Shown here: one piece after another, positions 22,376-37,648 of the stretch
How the letters are laid out: each line of letters opens with the position of its first letter
Position numbering within the stretch: position 1 is the stretch's first letter
Assembly (NCBI RefSeq): GCF_006345805.1
Contig: NC_043016.1
Coordinates: forward strand, 14,384,001-14,448,000
Length of the DNA stretch: 64,000 nucleotides
Reading direction: 5' to 3'
DNA from: Octopus sinensis
Lineage: Eukaryota
Made by a program: the position numbers and the translations under genes
Notes under the pieces: model-generated
What the model was told of the DNA's origin: nothing
What the model saw: only the letters and a program-made list of their open reading frames with translations
Databases searched by the model: none

Positions 22376-25300
22376 GTGTGTTATTAAGATTATACTTATC
22401 ATTATTATTATTGCTATTCTAAAATTTAAATATACTTTGATTGCTTTTAATGTTTTAATGCTCACCATTTAATTTATATAATTTGCATGTGAAAATAAAT
22501 CCAGTTGTATGTGGAATTAAATATAATTTTATTTTCTTAAATAGTTGCTATCAATGATTTTTACTCACTGTATCAGCTGATACTGAAATTGTTGTTATTA
22601 ACCCACTCCAGTTTATAATCTTGCAAGTACTCGAACTGTTAGACACTTATTTCCAATCACACGTATTAAATTTTGAATCTGCGTGCTTGTTTATTTGAGA
22701 AAATATCTTTATTGGCAATTGATAATTCATGCATTTTAGTTATCAAAGCTTTTTTTCCAATGCTTATATTATGTAATGGTACTTCTACATCGGAGATGTC
22801 GTTTTTGGTGTGTCAAGGTTAAAAGGCAAGGTTAAAGTTATTGCTGGCTTATCAATTAATTGGGTACTTTTTTTCCTATTAATTCGTCGCAGCTAAACTG
22901 CACCAAGTAATAACGTCTTCTGTAAGCAATAAAGTGGTCTTAACGTTTTAAATATATATATATACATTCCATACCTATTTAGTGTTCTTAGTTTACTCAA
23001 CGGAAGGTAAGTTCAGAGACGAACTTTGAAAAAGATTTTGTTGTGTACTTTAAAATTCATTTATATTACTCTCTTACAATGAAATACCTTTTAAGCAATA
23101 TTTATTTGCACTTGTGACAACTTTTGATAATTTTTTAAGTTAGCGTACATTAACGATTTGAGTTAGCTTAATTACAACCATGTTTATGGGTATTAAGTAC
23201 CCTATGCAGTTTATTATCGTTATAGTTAACTACCCCAACATTTCAGTTGTTCATTGAAGTTTAATTTAGTTTTAACTTTTGTATTCAGTACGCGTGAATT
23301 AGCTGCATAATGACAAAAACACCTTTATTTAAAAAAAAAAAAAAAGGACTGGCAAATTGATTGTCTGGATAAATAGAATTACGTAAGCTTACTTTTAGAT
23401 ACATCTTTTTGGATGAAAGGCTACCTTCATAAATATCTTAGCGTATATCTTGAATAACCTTGCATCTATAAATTGTGGATAACATTTATTGGTAAATGCT
23501 TTATAGTTCAAACCATTGCTTGTGTACTTGATTCCTATATTTAAAAAAGACTTTTGCTGTTGCCTACTTTCTTCCATTGCCCTTTCCATCACTTTCAAAA
23601 TGAATAATCTCAAGTCACGTCGTTACGCATTTCCCTCTGCATCTCACAACATATATTGACGAAAGAATCTCTTTATTTTACACTCCCACTGTGGTGCTTC
23701 AACGGCTTCTACGTAAATCTAAATTGATAATATTCTGCATGTAACTACTATATTCACCTTCAGTTACTTCACAACTCCTTAGTCCTTAATACCTAGGTTA
23801 TTAATTAACACACCTGCCAATGCAGTGTCCTTTATCATTTATACATTGTTCTAGTTTACTATTTAAAAGGTATTCCCTCCTGCGTCGAGGTCACAACCAG
23901 TCTGGACATGAGACATGGACCTTTATTTGGACACATTAGTTTTACTTATCACACTCTAACCGGCTCAATATCCATTATCACTCATCTGTCTGAGCAGTAG
24001 GTAGGTAAACATTAGGTCGCTGATTAATCACACTTGCCAAAACCTAAATTATCTTTTAGCGAACTAGTTACTAAGTAACTATTTGATGTCATTCGTTGTG
24101 TACCTTGTAATAATTTAAAGGTGACTGAAGTACTAAGATTGTCTTACCTTAATTTGTAGTGAATGGATATTAGTTTTAAATGTTAAAAGTAATTAAATCG
24201 ACTTTCAAACGTAACATAACTATACTCTTCAACTCACTTAAGAGTGTGTGTTACATGTTTAAACGGGGTATACGTGTGCATGCAACATTCATAATCCACT
24301 CTGATATACTCATTGTAACTAATTATTTGCTACACCCAAACACTGAATTTTCTACAACTTCATCAATTTATTCTTCTCTTACACTCGGCTGCCAGTTTTA
24401 CGAAATTCAAGGTTAAGGGGCTGGGCTACCAACTTTTATATGCAGCCATTCTGTTCTGTATATTTACACGAATAATAATTCCTGCCCAATCTGCATGGCT
24501 GATAAAAGCTATCACTACCTCTCATCAATTTTCTTACCTCTTGCAACAACAGGTTACCCAGTTTAACACCACCACAACCATTGTTTGAACGCCTTTAATG
24601 GAGTTCATTCTGTTACAAGCCTTCAAACCAAGTTTATGGCTTGAGCATAACTTCTCCCTTTCATTGCATCAGTCTTGGAGGCTCTGAGAGAAACAAAGGG
24701 TCACAGGCACTGTCCTTCCCAAATCTCCACATATTTTAAATATCACTTTCTTACATAAATTTTGTATCAACAAAGACTCATGAACAACGAATTTGCAGTA
24801 TTTGATAATGACCCTCTTCTTTCTAGGCACAAATATATATTTAAATTATTAGCTCATCATACGTTTTACCAAAATTATGTTGGATAGCTTTACAAAGATA
24901 ATTAATTATACTCTGGTAACTTTTATCAGTGTGTTTCGACATTCTAAGATTTTTTTTTCCATTTCTTTCAATGTCTTCTTTTACCACAAGAATTAGGTAC
25001 ACTAAATTCCTTATTGAATATGCCTTAACCCTTTTGCATTAAGATTACTCTGTCAAATGTGATCCTTATTTATTCATTGTTTTGAATTATTCAGTCATCT
25101 CGTAGCTTTGAGATTTCTATGAGGTGATTGTTTATTTTTAGAATGACATTGTAGGATAGGTATGATAGGCCAGATCCGACCAGTTTGAGCATAACACTGG
25201 TAGAATAGTTGGGCTGGATATGGCTGGTTTAAAGGGTTAAAACAAAGATCATTTAGATCTGGGCAAAAATCTTGTGATAAAGCATTATCTTCTTCCTTAT

Positions 25301-28300
25301 GCTTACCAGACTCTGAAATGTGGAACACTTTGTGGTTGACAAACTAATATTTTTTTTTTTCTTGTCATCTTTCTAGAAATGAAGTATATGTCATTCTGTC
25401 ATAGCGCCATCACTTATGTGCCTTATTCAAACTATCACTTACTAGTTTGTTTTTATTCCTAACTTGAAGCCTCTCTAATCTCTTGGGGATAAAAGTTTCT
25501 TACATTACCCTATTCAAATACTTTACTCCAACAGCTCCCATTGTCTACATATCTCACAGCTTTACTTACCATCTTGATGCTGCACAGCTAACAACTCACC
25601 AATCAGGTGCATATATTTAGTCCTCTTTACTAATGTTTGATGATAGCAAATGCATCCAGTCATGAAATTCCAGCCAAAATGAATCAAGCACATATGGCTG
25701 GTTCAAATGCTAATGGGTTAACTTTTAAAATATGTTCCTTATCATTACCATTTAACAGCCATCTTCCATGCCGATAATGGTTGGACAGTCTGAGAGGAAC
25801 TGAAGAACTGCACCAGGCTCTGTTGTCTGCTCTGGCAGGGTTTCTACAGCTTGATGCCCTTCCTAATGCCAGCCTCTTTACAGAAGGAAGTAGCTATATC
25901 GGTTTTCCTGCATTTTCAGCATTTTATATAGACAGACACATCAGTTGAAATATTCCAATCCTGTGTTTCCTAAAGCTGTCACTTAAGTCACAATCAAAGA
26001 TCTGTTTCTTGTGTTGATACGATTCGGACTCACATTAAAAAGGTTTTTTTATCAGCCAAATGTTACTGGTTAAATTCTCACTTAGGGACATTCTTGTTCA
26101 ATTGTCTTCTTTCAGCATGTCCCAATAGTGCTTTACCAAATTGGTGCTGATACTTTTTTGTTATTTCAACTGATTTTCACTCTCGTCTTATCTACCAAAA
26201 TCTCACAAAATTGCTAACTTACATGCAGGAACCTGTTACACGTTCTTGAATGACATATTTACAAAATAATGCTTATCCATAAAAACTAAATCTTTGAGTT
26301 CATTGATACAACATTCTTAGCAATACCACTCCCTCTCCCAGCCAAGGGGTCTTTGTCTTGCAAGTTACTTGGTGACCTTGCTTGTGTTGGGGCCACATAC
26401 AAAGCACCCTGTACACTCTGTAAAGTGGTTGACATTAGGAAGGGCATCTAGCTGTAGAAATCATGTCAATACAGATGACCGGAACCTGGTATAGCTTACC
26501 AGCTCTTGTCAAATTGTCCAACCCTTACCAGCATGGAAAAAACAAATGATAAATGATGTTGATGAGTATATTTTAAGAGCTAACCTTTTAGCATTTAAAC
26601 CAACTGTATTTGGCCCAAATATTTTACCTGCTTTATGTTTAAACTAGCCAGATTCTGCCTCTCACACCTCGCCTTCAATAGTGTTCTAAAAATAAACAAT
26701 CACATCATTGAAATCTCAAAGCTACAAGATAATGGATTATTAATTGAAATCAGTGTGGATAAATAAGCATTACATGTGACAATAATGTGAAAGGGTTAAA
26801 TGGATTTTTATTTCAAGTAGAAAATGAATGCGTAAATAAGAGTTGTGAAAATTAGTCATTAAACACCTGTATGGCTGTGTGACAAGAAGTTTACTTTCCA
26901 ATCACATGGCTCTGCATTCGGTCTTAGTGGACTGTCACCTTGGGAAAGTATCTTTGACTATGGCTGTGGGCTGACCAAAACTTTGTGAGTGGATTTTGTA
27001 GATGGAAACTGAAAGAAGCCTGTTGTATATATATATATTTAGAGAGAGATGTGTGTGTGTCTTTGTGTTTGTCCCCCCCACGATCACTTGACAACTAGTG
27101 TCGGTGTGTTTACATCCTCATGACTGAACATTTTGGCAAAAGAGACTGATAGAATAAGTACTAGGCTTAAAAACATAAATTCTGGGGTTGATTCATTAAT
27201 CTAAAATACTACAAAAAGATGCCCCAGAATGGTCACAGTCAAATGACTGAATGAAGAAGATAAAAAAGATAATTGCAAGACAATTGCTGAGGAATTTTTC
27301 TTGTTCTGACATAAGTCTTCAATAACTGATAATTCTCTACAAAGCTCAAATACACCTTATCTTTTGAAAACTTCTCACATACATGGATATAATTCTTTGT
27401 CTTCCTCCCAATATTGTAAGGATGCCTCCAGCTGAAAGCAATAAAAAATACCTAGAAATTAATCTCCAAATAAATACAGACCATTAATCCCAATTTCAAG
27501 TTCTTTGTTCCAAAATTGCACCTGGAGTAATTTACTCTTTTGAAGTTTTCTTCCCAGATGTTTGGCTCAGGTCTTATCTTTAGAATACCTTTCACACACA
27601 CGAGTACAATCTTTGTCTTCCTCCTAGCATTGTAAGAAAACACAAACCTTAATTCACCAACTTATTTCCACCTAAACTGTGGAAGTCTCTCCATCTCTGA
27701 ACTTTCTGATTTTGTGTTCCTCCATAATTTAAAATGATTTAACCGTTTAGCATTCACATTACTCTGTCAGACATGCAGCTCTTTGGCTTGCCAGCATGGA
27801 AAACAGACATCAATGATGATGATATCTCATCCTTATTTATTCTCATTGTTTTGAATAAATCATGCTTCATCTCATAGCTGAAATATTCTGATGATGTGAT
27901 GATTGCTTATTTTTAGAATGACATTGTAGGGTAAGTGTGACAGGTTGAATCTGGCAAGTAAGAATATAAAAACAGGTAAAGTATTTAGGCCGGTTTAACC
28001 TTTTAGCATTCAGGTTATCAAATGTAATGCTTTCATTGTCTTCAATTAATCAGGCATTATCTCATAGCTTCAAGAGTTAGATTATGTGATTCTTTATTTT
28101 TAGAATGACATTGTAGGGTAGGTGTAAGATGCCAGATCTGGCTGGTTTGAACATAAAACAGGTAAAATACTTAGGCCAAGCCAGTTTAACCTTTTAGCAT
28201 TCAGATTATTCCGTCAAATGTACTGCTTGTTCACGTTGTCTTGAATTAATTATGCATTATCTCACAGCTTTAAAATTACAATGATGTGACAGCATTTTTT

Positions 28301-29377
28301 ACAATGACATCATAAAGGCTGGAATCTGGCTAGTTTGAACATAAAACAGGTAGAATATTTGGGTTGGATATGGCTTGTTCAAATGCTGAAGGAAAGGCAG
28401 TGGGAGCTGGCAGAAACGTTAGCATGCTGGATGAAATGCTTTGTGGTATTTCGTCTATAATTTTATGTTCTGAATTCAAATTTTGCCAAGGTCAACTTTG
28501 CCTTTCATCCTTTTGGGGTCGATAAGTTAAGTATTAGTTGCGTAGTGGGGTTGATCTAATCGACTGGCTTCCACACCAAAACTTTTGGGCCTTGTTCCCA
28601 GAGTAAAAAAGAATATTCTACCTCTTATCTCTACTGTTTGGGAAACCGGACTCTGCACTAAAATAAAATTTCTCCAAAGTATTTCCTTGGACTCTTTTCC
28701 TGCCTATCTATCCCTGACCACCCCGCTGAGCACCTGTCTTTAAATTTAGACAAACAAAAGCATGGAATTATAATTTCCACTACCACTGTCCTGTCTAGTC
28801 TTTTACTTGTTTCAGCCATTAGACTGTGGCCATGCTGGGGCATTGCTTTGGAGAATTTTAGTTGAACTGATTCCAGTACTTTTTTTTTTTAAAGCCTGAT
28901 ACATATTTTATTGATCCCTTTGCCAAACCGTTTAGTTACAAGGATGTAAACACACCAGCACTGGTTATTAAACAGTAGTGGGGACTAACATGCACACTCC
29001 TAATGCCAACCACTCCGAGAGTGTAATGGGTGCTTTTATGTACCACTGGCACAAGTGCCATTTGCATGACACTGGTGTCTGCCACAACTGTGACTTTGCT
29101 TTGCTTGATAGGTCTTCTTTTCAAGCACAATATCTCAAAGGTCTCGGTCATTGCCTCCCTCTGTGAGCCCTAACACTCGAAAGGAACTCAGCCACTTTGT
29201 CTCTGTGAGGCCCAACACTGCATGGCTGTAAACTCTGCTTTTTTTCTGCCCCCTGACTAAGGATTGAATCCGAAACGTTGGATATTCCACTCCTCATGGC
29301 AAGTTCACTGTACCCCTTTAGCTTTTTTCTATATTTTTTCAAGTCTTGCCAATGCAGAGCTACTAGATTATTGCCTG

Positions 29378-29414
<37 letters not shown>

Positions 29415-32400
29415 GCTTCTTTCAGTTTCCATTTACTGAATCCTCTCAAAGTTTTGGTCAACCTAAGGCTATAGAAGAAGACACTTGCCCAAGGTGCCAT
29501 GCAGTGGGACTAGACCCTGAACTACGTGGTTGGGAAGCAGATTTCTTATGTAGCCACACCTGCTCTACATTAACTATTAATATTTCATCTTTAAACAAAG
29601 CATTCAGATTTCTCTGTCAAATGTGATGATTGTTTATTCATATTGTGTTGAATTAATCATTCATTAACTCGTAGCTTCACAATTCTGATGATGCCATTGT
29701 TATTTTTAGAATGGCATAGTAGGGCAAGTGTGGGAGGCCAGATCTGGCTGATATGAACATAAAACAAGTAGACTATTTGGGCTGGGTATGGCTATTGTGA
29801 ATGCTAAAGGGTTAAACAGTGTTGTATTTTTCAGAGGTATGTGAATACTGAATCCAAGGAGTTGATTTTAACCTTAGTTTTTCTGGTTTTGGAATTCTAA
29901 TTGTTAAAAAAACAAATGCCTGAGCGTGAGGTTTGTTTCAACTAGAATTTAAAATATCTATAATCAATACAAATTTTAATTTTCATTTTGTACCTCCTCG
30001 TTTTCATGTTTTCTTTTAATAAAAATATCATTTTGGAAATTTCTAAACTTTCAATTTACAATATCATCACCATCATCATTTAATGTCCATTGTCCATGCT
30101 GGCACGGGTTGGATGGTTTGACCAGGGCTGGAAAGCTGCACCAAACTCCAGTCTGACTCGGCATGGTTTCTACGGCTGAATGCCCTTCCTAATGCCAACC
30201 ACTCTGAGAAGGCTGCATTTGATTCGTTTGACTAAATTTCTTCAAGGTGCTTCCACTGCATGGCTGCAGTCTGATGATTGAAACAAACAAAAGAAATATA
30301 TATATATATATCATCATCATCATCATCATTTAGTATCCGTTGTCCATGCTGGCATGGGTTGAATGGTTTGACCAAAGCTGGTAAGCTGAGGGGCTGTACC
30401 AAGTCCTAGTCTGATTTGGCATGGTTTCTACAGTTGGATGCCCTTCCTAACACCAATCTTTTTGAGAGTGCTTTTACGTGCCACTGGCATGGGTGTCAGT
30501 TTGTATGACTACAATTTCACTTGGCTTGATGGGTATTCTTTTCAAACATAGCATATTGCCAGAGCTCTTGGTCATTTGTTATTGCCTCCGTGGGGCCAAA
30601 CGTTTGAAGATCATACTTCACCACCTTGACCCATGCCTTCCTGGGTCTCCCTCTTCCACAGCTTCCTTCCACTGGTACAGATTAGCACGTATTCACACAA
30701 ATGTCCGCATCCATGACCGTACCAATGCAATCACCTCTCTTCTACACCACATCTGATGCTTCTTATGTCCAGCTTTTTTCTCAGGACACTCATTCTCTGT
30801 CGTACATGTACACACATGCATGAGAGAGAGAGAGCAACCATTGTGTGATTGTTTTAGATTCTGAGTATTTGCTGGAGTTATTGGAAGTAATCAAGTTTAA
30901 GTTCTTTATGAAAAAAATTGATAAATTCTGTCTGAATTCAATATTATCTGAAATTGCTTTTTAGTCAACCCCCCCCCCCCCAATATTGGATCCAATAACC
31001 CTAAAATGATTTAATACCTTCATTTCCAGTTGCTTTCAGTTTTTAATATAATCTTTGTTTTGTGGATTTTTATGTAATTACAAACTGTTTTATCCTGTTT
31101 AAGAACATTGATTTCTAGCTATTTTTTTTTCTCCCTTTTTCTTTTTTGTAGCCGGCAATGCAAATAATGTAGTTGTGAACGGATGTCACGATGACAAAGA
31201 AGCAATGCAGAACTCTGAGGAATGTAAAACAGCTAAAGATACCGAAGAGAAAATGTCCAGTGAAAAGGATCCATCTGAAAAAGATTCTGTTCCTGCAACG
31301 AATGAAAACGAAAAGAACAATGAACAAGAAATTGTCTTGATTCAGGACACAGGTTTTACTGTGAAAATTGTATGTCCAGGAACAGAACCATTTGATCTCA
31401 CTGTAAGTGATGTCAGGATTTTTGCAAAAATGTTGTGTGCAGAAACAGACTTGTTTACGTCATATTTCATCATCATCATCATCATCGTTTAGCGTCCGTT
31501 TTCCATGCTAGCATGGGTTGGACGGTTCAACTGGGGTCTGGGAAGCCAGAAGGCTGCACCAGTCCCAGTCTGATCTGGCAATGTTTCTACGGCTGGATGC
31601 CCTTCCTAACGCCAACCACTCCATGAGTGTAGTGGGTGCTTTTTACGTGCCGGACGAGGCTGGCAAACCCCCACGATCGGATGGTGCTTTTTATGTGCCA
31701 CCTGCACGGGGACCAGGCGAGGCTGGCAACGGCCACGAATGGATGGTGCTTTTTACGTGCCACCAGCACGAGGCCAGTCGGGGCGGCACTGGCAACGGCC
31801 ACGTTCGGATGGTTCTCTTACGTGCCACCGGCACTGGTAACACAGCTGCAATTTCCATTGATCGATTTCGATTCTGATTTGATTCTGATTTAATTATTGC
31901 TTTTAAATTGTATTGGCCACCCATCCAGCCAGGGCTTAAGAAGTAAATTAAATAATCAATAGATGTGTGTAATCACTTGACCAGCTAGGAATAGCAACTG
32001 AATCTTCCTCAGGTCACACCCTGGTGTCTTATTGAATTTGGTGTAAACGTATAAAAGTAAACTTGATTGTCATGGCAGGATACTTTTGGGTGTTGCTGGA
32101 TGTAGTGGAAAGTTCATTGATGTGTAGAAGGAAGTGGGGCAAAACCAGACCCTGGGGAACACCAGAGCTGATTGAGAGTGATTTTATTGGAAGCTGTCGA
32201 TGATCCAAGAAACAAGTGATGAGTGGATTTCATATGGGAGAAGTTTTGATGTGGTCAGAGGTTTTGCTGATGTTTAGGGCAACATCATTGATTTCACTGA
32301 CCTTTTCTGAAGGGAAATTCTTTAGATGAGTGATATAAGAGAGTAGGTCCCCAGTGGATCTGTGTGTCTGGAAGTTGTATTGATGGTCAGTCAGGAGAGA

Positions 32401-35400
32401 GAGAGAGGTGTGTGTGTGATGGAGACCATCATGGCTTATGGCTGTTTCCATTACCTTGGAGAGGTTAGCAAGTGGGATCAGGGAGGTAATAGTTAGCCAA
32501 ATCAGGTAAGGATTGGTTTTTCTTGGAATGGAGGACATTGACACATGCTTCCAAATATCAGAGTAGAAAACGACAGGTTAGAGATTGATGAGCACAGAAT
32601 GGTTGGCCATAGTTCGGATTATAAGAATGTTTGAGTCTTGTGATGCACAAGGGCATCGTTTGTACACCAGATATGGTTCCTACAGGAGTTGCTCTGCTGA
32701 GTGAGTGAGATTCTTCAGACATTGTTGGCCTTGATTTTTTTTTACCCAAACAATGTGGGACATTAGGTTTTTATTGTGTGGAAAATGCAAAAATAAATAA
32801 ATAAATAAAATAGATGGTTTAACCCACCTGTCTAGCTTAGAATCATTGGGATATGTGTGATGAGCTTAGGTACACAATTTTCGCTTACTCTTGGCTAGAA
32901 GGTCACATGTCACTTGAACATATTGTTCATTTTGAAACGAGATAAGAATAACAAAACTAAAGCTGTGTCACTTGGCTTATAAATACAGGTGTGTATCTTT
33001 TTTTTATTTTTAGGTAAAACGTCTGTACCATAGCAGCTTACTCACTGAGCTGCTGTATGGCATAAAAATATGAGATAACTGATGCTTAATTGTTAATCAG
33101 ATTGTGAATGAAAAAGTTTGGATTTAGGATAAGGTTTTGGGATTATTTTTTTTTCTTTTTTAATTCAAAATTATAGTTAATAATGGCGAATTTGAAGTTG
33201 TCTCCCTTGTTTGGTGAAGCGTCCTTTTTTTAGCCCCTGGCTGACCAAAGCCTTTTGAATAGATTTAGCAGAAACTGAAAGTTTATCGTGTCTCTTTGTG
33301 TTTGTTCCCCACCATTGTTTGACAACTGGTGTTGGTCTGTTTATGTCCCTGTAACTTAGCAGTTCAAATGTGAGGTCAATAGAATAAGTACCAAACTTTC
33401 AAAAAAAGGTACTGGGGTTGATTTGTTCAATTAAACCCTTCAAGGTAGTGCCCCAGCATGGCCACAATGTAATGACTGAAGCAAATGAAAAAAATAAAAG
33501 ATAGCCCTGCTGATGTTTAGTTTTAAAAATCTGTGAAATATTTCATTATTCCACTGTGAAGCTGAAACTATAAAATATGATTTTTTTCTAAAATTTTTAC
33601 CAGGTAAGTTGTATGGAACTTGTTCAAGAGATCCACCAAGTTTTGATGGATCGGGAAGATACTTGCCATAAGACCTGTTTCTCTCTACAATGTGATGGAG
33701 TTACGTTGGATAATTTTGCAGAACTGAAAACCATTGAAAATTTGAAGGACAATTCTGTTATTAAAGTTGTTGAGGGTATGTAAATATAATTTTGCAAACG
33801 TATTTTTGTAAATTTGATAATGAATTCACTCCATGTATATATAAAATTTTGGTTTATTTTTCATAAGATTATATTGTGAATATTACCTGACTGATAGCTA
33901 ACATAGTTGGAAGAATAGCTGTATAATGTGATCATTACAGGACTTCTCAGACTGGTGTGATCGATACAGTTGATATTCAGCTTTAAAGCAAGTAAAGCAG
34001 CAGTAGGAACAGAATAGAGAGAATGAATGGTGGTTTAGAAGTTCTTTTCAAGCAATGTGGTTCTGGGTTCAATCCTAGTGTGCAGTAAAATTGCACAACA
34101 GTCTTGGCTGATCAATGACTTGTAAGCAAAATTTGATAACCTAAAAAGCTGCATAAGTCTCTTCTGAGTGCATGTGTGTATATGTATATACATGCATGTG
34201 TGCATGTATGTATATATATATGTGTGTGTGTGTGCATGTATGTATTATACATGCATGTGTGTATGTCTCTATTAATAATTCATTATTGTATCAGTCAAAA
34301 ATATTTTGATATGATTATAAACATATTGTTACCATTTTGATGTCTGCTTTCCCTTACTGGCATGGGTTAGATGGGTCAACTTCAACAAAGTGGTTTTTCC
34401 ATTTGTTGTGGCCCTTTGCCATTTCTTTTGCAAGGTTCAACATCTTGGCATCTGTCTTCATCTTCTTCAGGTTCCTTCTACTTGCATTATGTGGCATTTT
34501 TTTTTCACATTTATTTCCTTTCTTTATGCATATACCATTGCGGTCTTCTCTCTTGTACACTATAGTAAATATCTCTGCTGATCAGTTTTCCTCTCTGCAT
34601 GTGAAGTGAAGTCTGTTTATATATACTGTTATATATAAACCGTTGTAGATGTTCGTTTATATCCAGTGCAGCATGCTACCTTCATTTCTTTCTTGCTTTC
34701 ACAAATTTCCAAATTCGCTTCCCAACTACATGGTTTCGGGTTCAGTCCCACTGCGTGGCACTTTGGGTAGGTGTCTTCCGCTATAGCCCCGAGTCGACCG
34801 AAGCTTTGTGATTGAATTCGGCAGGCGGAAGTTACTGCCGTGTGTGTATGTGTGCGTATAGCTGCTCAGTGCCTCTCCAAAAGAGAGAGAGAGTGTTAGT
34901 GTTTTTGCCACAATGCATTATTGCACTTCAGACACGAGTGTCATACAATCTGCCCTTCATTCGCTGGGAGAAGAAGCTCGTTCTCATCAATAACTTTCTC
35001 AGCTTCCCACCCCTTCCTTAGAATGGTTACTGTGTTTTTGCAGCACCTACCTTCACTGCTAATAGTTACCAGATGGTTGAATCACTTCATTTTTTTGGGG
35101 GTGGGGGGGTGCTCTTGCTATTAGCTTCTTTTGTGAATCATTTACATTTGAAATCCTTATTCTCTGTCAGTTCATCTGACAACCTGTTGCACATCATCAT
35201 CATTTAATGTTATTCTAGGATTGGGTATACACTATAGAGTTCTTAGCTCCTTTTTGCATATCAAACTTGTCCATTTCCTTGTCAATTGAAGTGTTTTATT
35301 ATTTTTTTTTTATGCTGAGGCTTCAGTCTTTCTATATTGACTTTTTGGTCTCTTGAATTCTAGACCCAACATTCATGTTAAGAACCTTGCTCTAACACTT

Positions 35401-37411
35401 CCATTGATCTGTCTTTTAAAGATTGGTCATTGTGAAACTGGAATTTTTAATGGCAGCTAGTCTTGAACTTTTTTGTTATAGTTTGGTGAACCATAATAAA
35501 ACATAAACAAGAATGAGACCTTATAAGTATCTACTTACATATTAAATTCCTCAAAGAGCTTGATGCTAACCTACTTTTCTTGCTACACTCTTTTTTAATG
35601 CTTTGTATGGCTCTCATGAGTCATTCTTTTCTTCCCAGTTTTCAGTGCCAACCAAATTATGGAACATAACCCTGCCAAAATCTTTCTTCAAGTCAGAAAG
35701 TTTGTTCATTAGCCTCAGTAAGAAGAGGGTATTGTTAGCTACATGTTCTAGCTTGGAACTACATCTCGTATAATCTAATCCCATTTCTGATTATTGTTGT
35801 TGTAACTTTCTCTGCTACTTTCATGACTGGTGTGTTAGTTTAACCCCTTTGATACCAACCTGCCTTAAACTTCCATCTGATTCTCTGACACAAACCTCTG
35901 GCTTAAAAGTGATCCACATTTCAAACATCATTTTAATAATAACAAAGTTGTTAAATTCTTAATTATTTTCAAAATTAATTGAAACAAAAGCAGTGTATTT
36001 CAGCAGAAATATGGTAACAAAAGAGTGAAAACCCCTCTTGGGACATTTTTCTAAGCATCTCTTTTCCCGTTGGATGTTTTTATGCTAGACATCGGATATA
36101 ATACCTCCTTTCATTATTTGATTTCTTTTCATTTATTTAATGAAAACCTGACAGCATTGTGGAATATGTTTCTCTTATGTTTCAATTTAGAAGTGTTGTT
36201 TATGGAATTCTCTTTTATTTATGAATTTCTGTTTCCTTGTAGAGCCTTACACTGTTAGAGAAGCCCGAATTCATGTACGACATGTAAGGGACTTATTGAA
36301 ATCGGTTGACCAAAATGATGCCTATATTGGAATTGATTGTAATTCTTTGACTTGTCTCAATGCTGTATTTTCAGAAACACATGGTAAGTTGATATTAAAC
36401 AAAAACAAATTTTGTAAAATGCACAATTTTCATCAATATTATCATTAGTGTTGGAATAAACATCAGTATTGCTGGAAGTAAACGGCCTATGACATTGCTC
36501 TTCTATAATATTACACTGCTAAAGGAGGAGAAGCATGATAGTTATTAATATAATGTTCCAGTTTTTTCTCATTCTTTTCCCTTATAATTATTATTAGGCT
36601 GTAAGCTGACAGAATTGTTAGCACACTGGGTTTCTGCCAAAATTTAGGGAGACAAAAAAAAGGCTGTGAGCTGGCAGAACTGTTAGCACGCTGGGTAAAA
36701 TACTTAGCAGCATTTCATCCGTCGTTACATTCTGAGTTCAAATTCCGCTGAGGTCAGCTTTATCTTTCATCCCTTTGGGTTCAATAAAATAAGTACCTAT
36801 TGAATACTGGGGTTGATATAATCAACTTAACCCTCCCCGAAATTGCTGGCCTTGTACCAAAATTTGAAATCATTATCATCATCATTATTATTGAGGGAGA
36901 GAACACTTGGTAAAATATACGAAGCCCAGTATACCCATAATGACTACCCATCTGATAAGGGTACACTAGGCACATGCATCACAACCATATGTGCGCGACA
37001 TGGTGATGTCATATCCAGATAAACAGCACATGACCTTGTGGGTGAGGGCCCAGTTAGAATTTTCTTCTGGTCAAGTAGCTCATCCCGCTCAAATAAGGAT
37101 TGTTTAAGGATGTTGAACAAAACATCCATGTTTCCAAAGAATTATCCAAACCCCAAAGAATTCCTTTCAATACATGGCTATGACGCTCCCCCACTACTTC
37201 TGCACGTGGTCAGAGATGCACATATCGTCAGCCACCAAGGGACATGCTCAACTGGTTATGGTCAAGCAACTGACCAGCAAATCTGTGGCATCGAGCAGAA
37301 TATTTGCGGTAGCCAATCTTTTATATCAAGACAAAACAATGTACATGATAACACTTCCAATCAGTTAAGATCAGAAGCCATGAGAGCCACTGCCTGGTAC
37401 TGCATCAGGGC

Positions 37412-37445
<34 letters not shown>

Positions 37446-37607
37446 AAGGTAGTGTGTTCACAGAGTCACCGGACAAAATGCTTAGTGGCATTTCTTCCTG
37501 CTTTACATTCCGAGTTCAAATTCTGCCTTTCAGGGTCAATAAAATTAAGTACCAGTCAAATAATGGGGTTGATGTAATTGTCTATCCCTGCCCCCAGATT
37601 TTGGGCC

Positions 37608-37648
<41 letters not shown>

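Noticed and set aside
37038-37577. 179-aa ORF overlapping CLUH intron 4
   Set aside because: Runs through an interspersed repeat, an (ATT)n tract and a SINE; no domain features.
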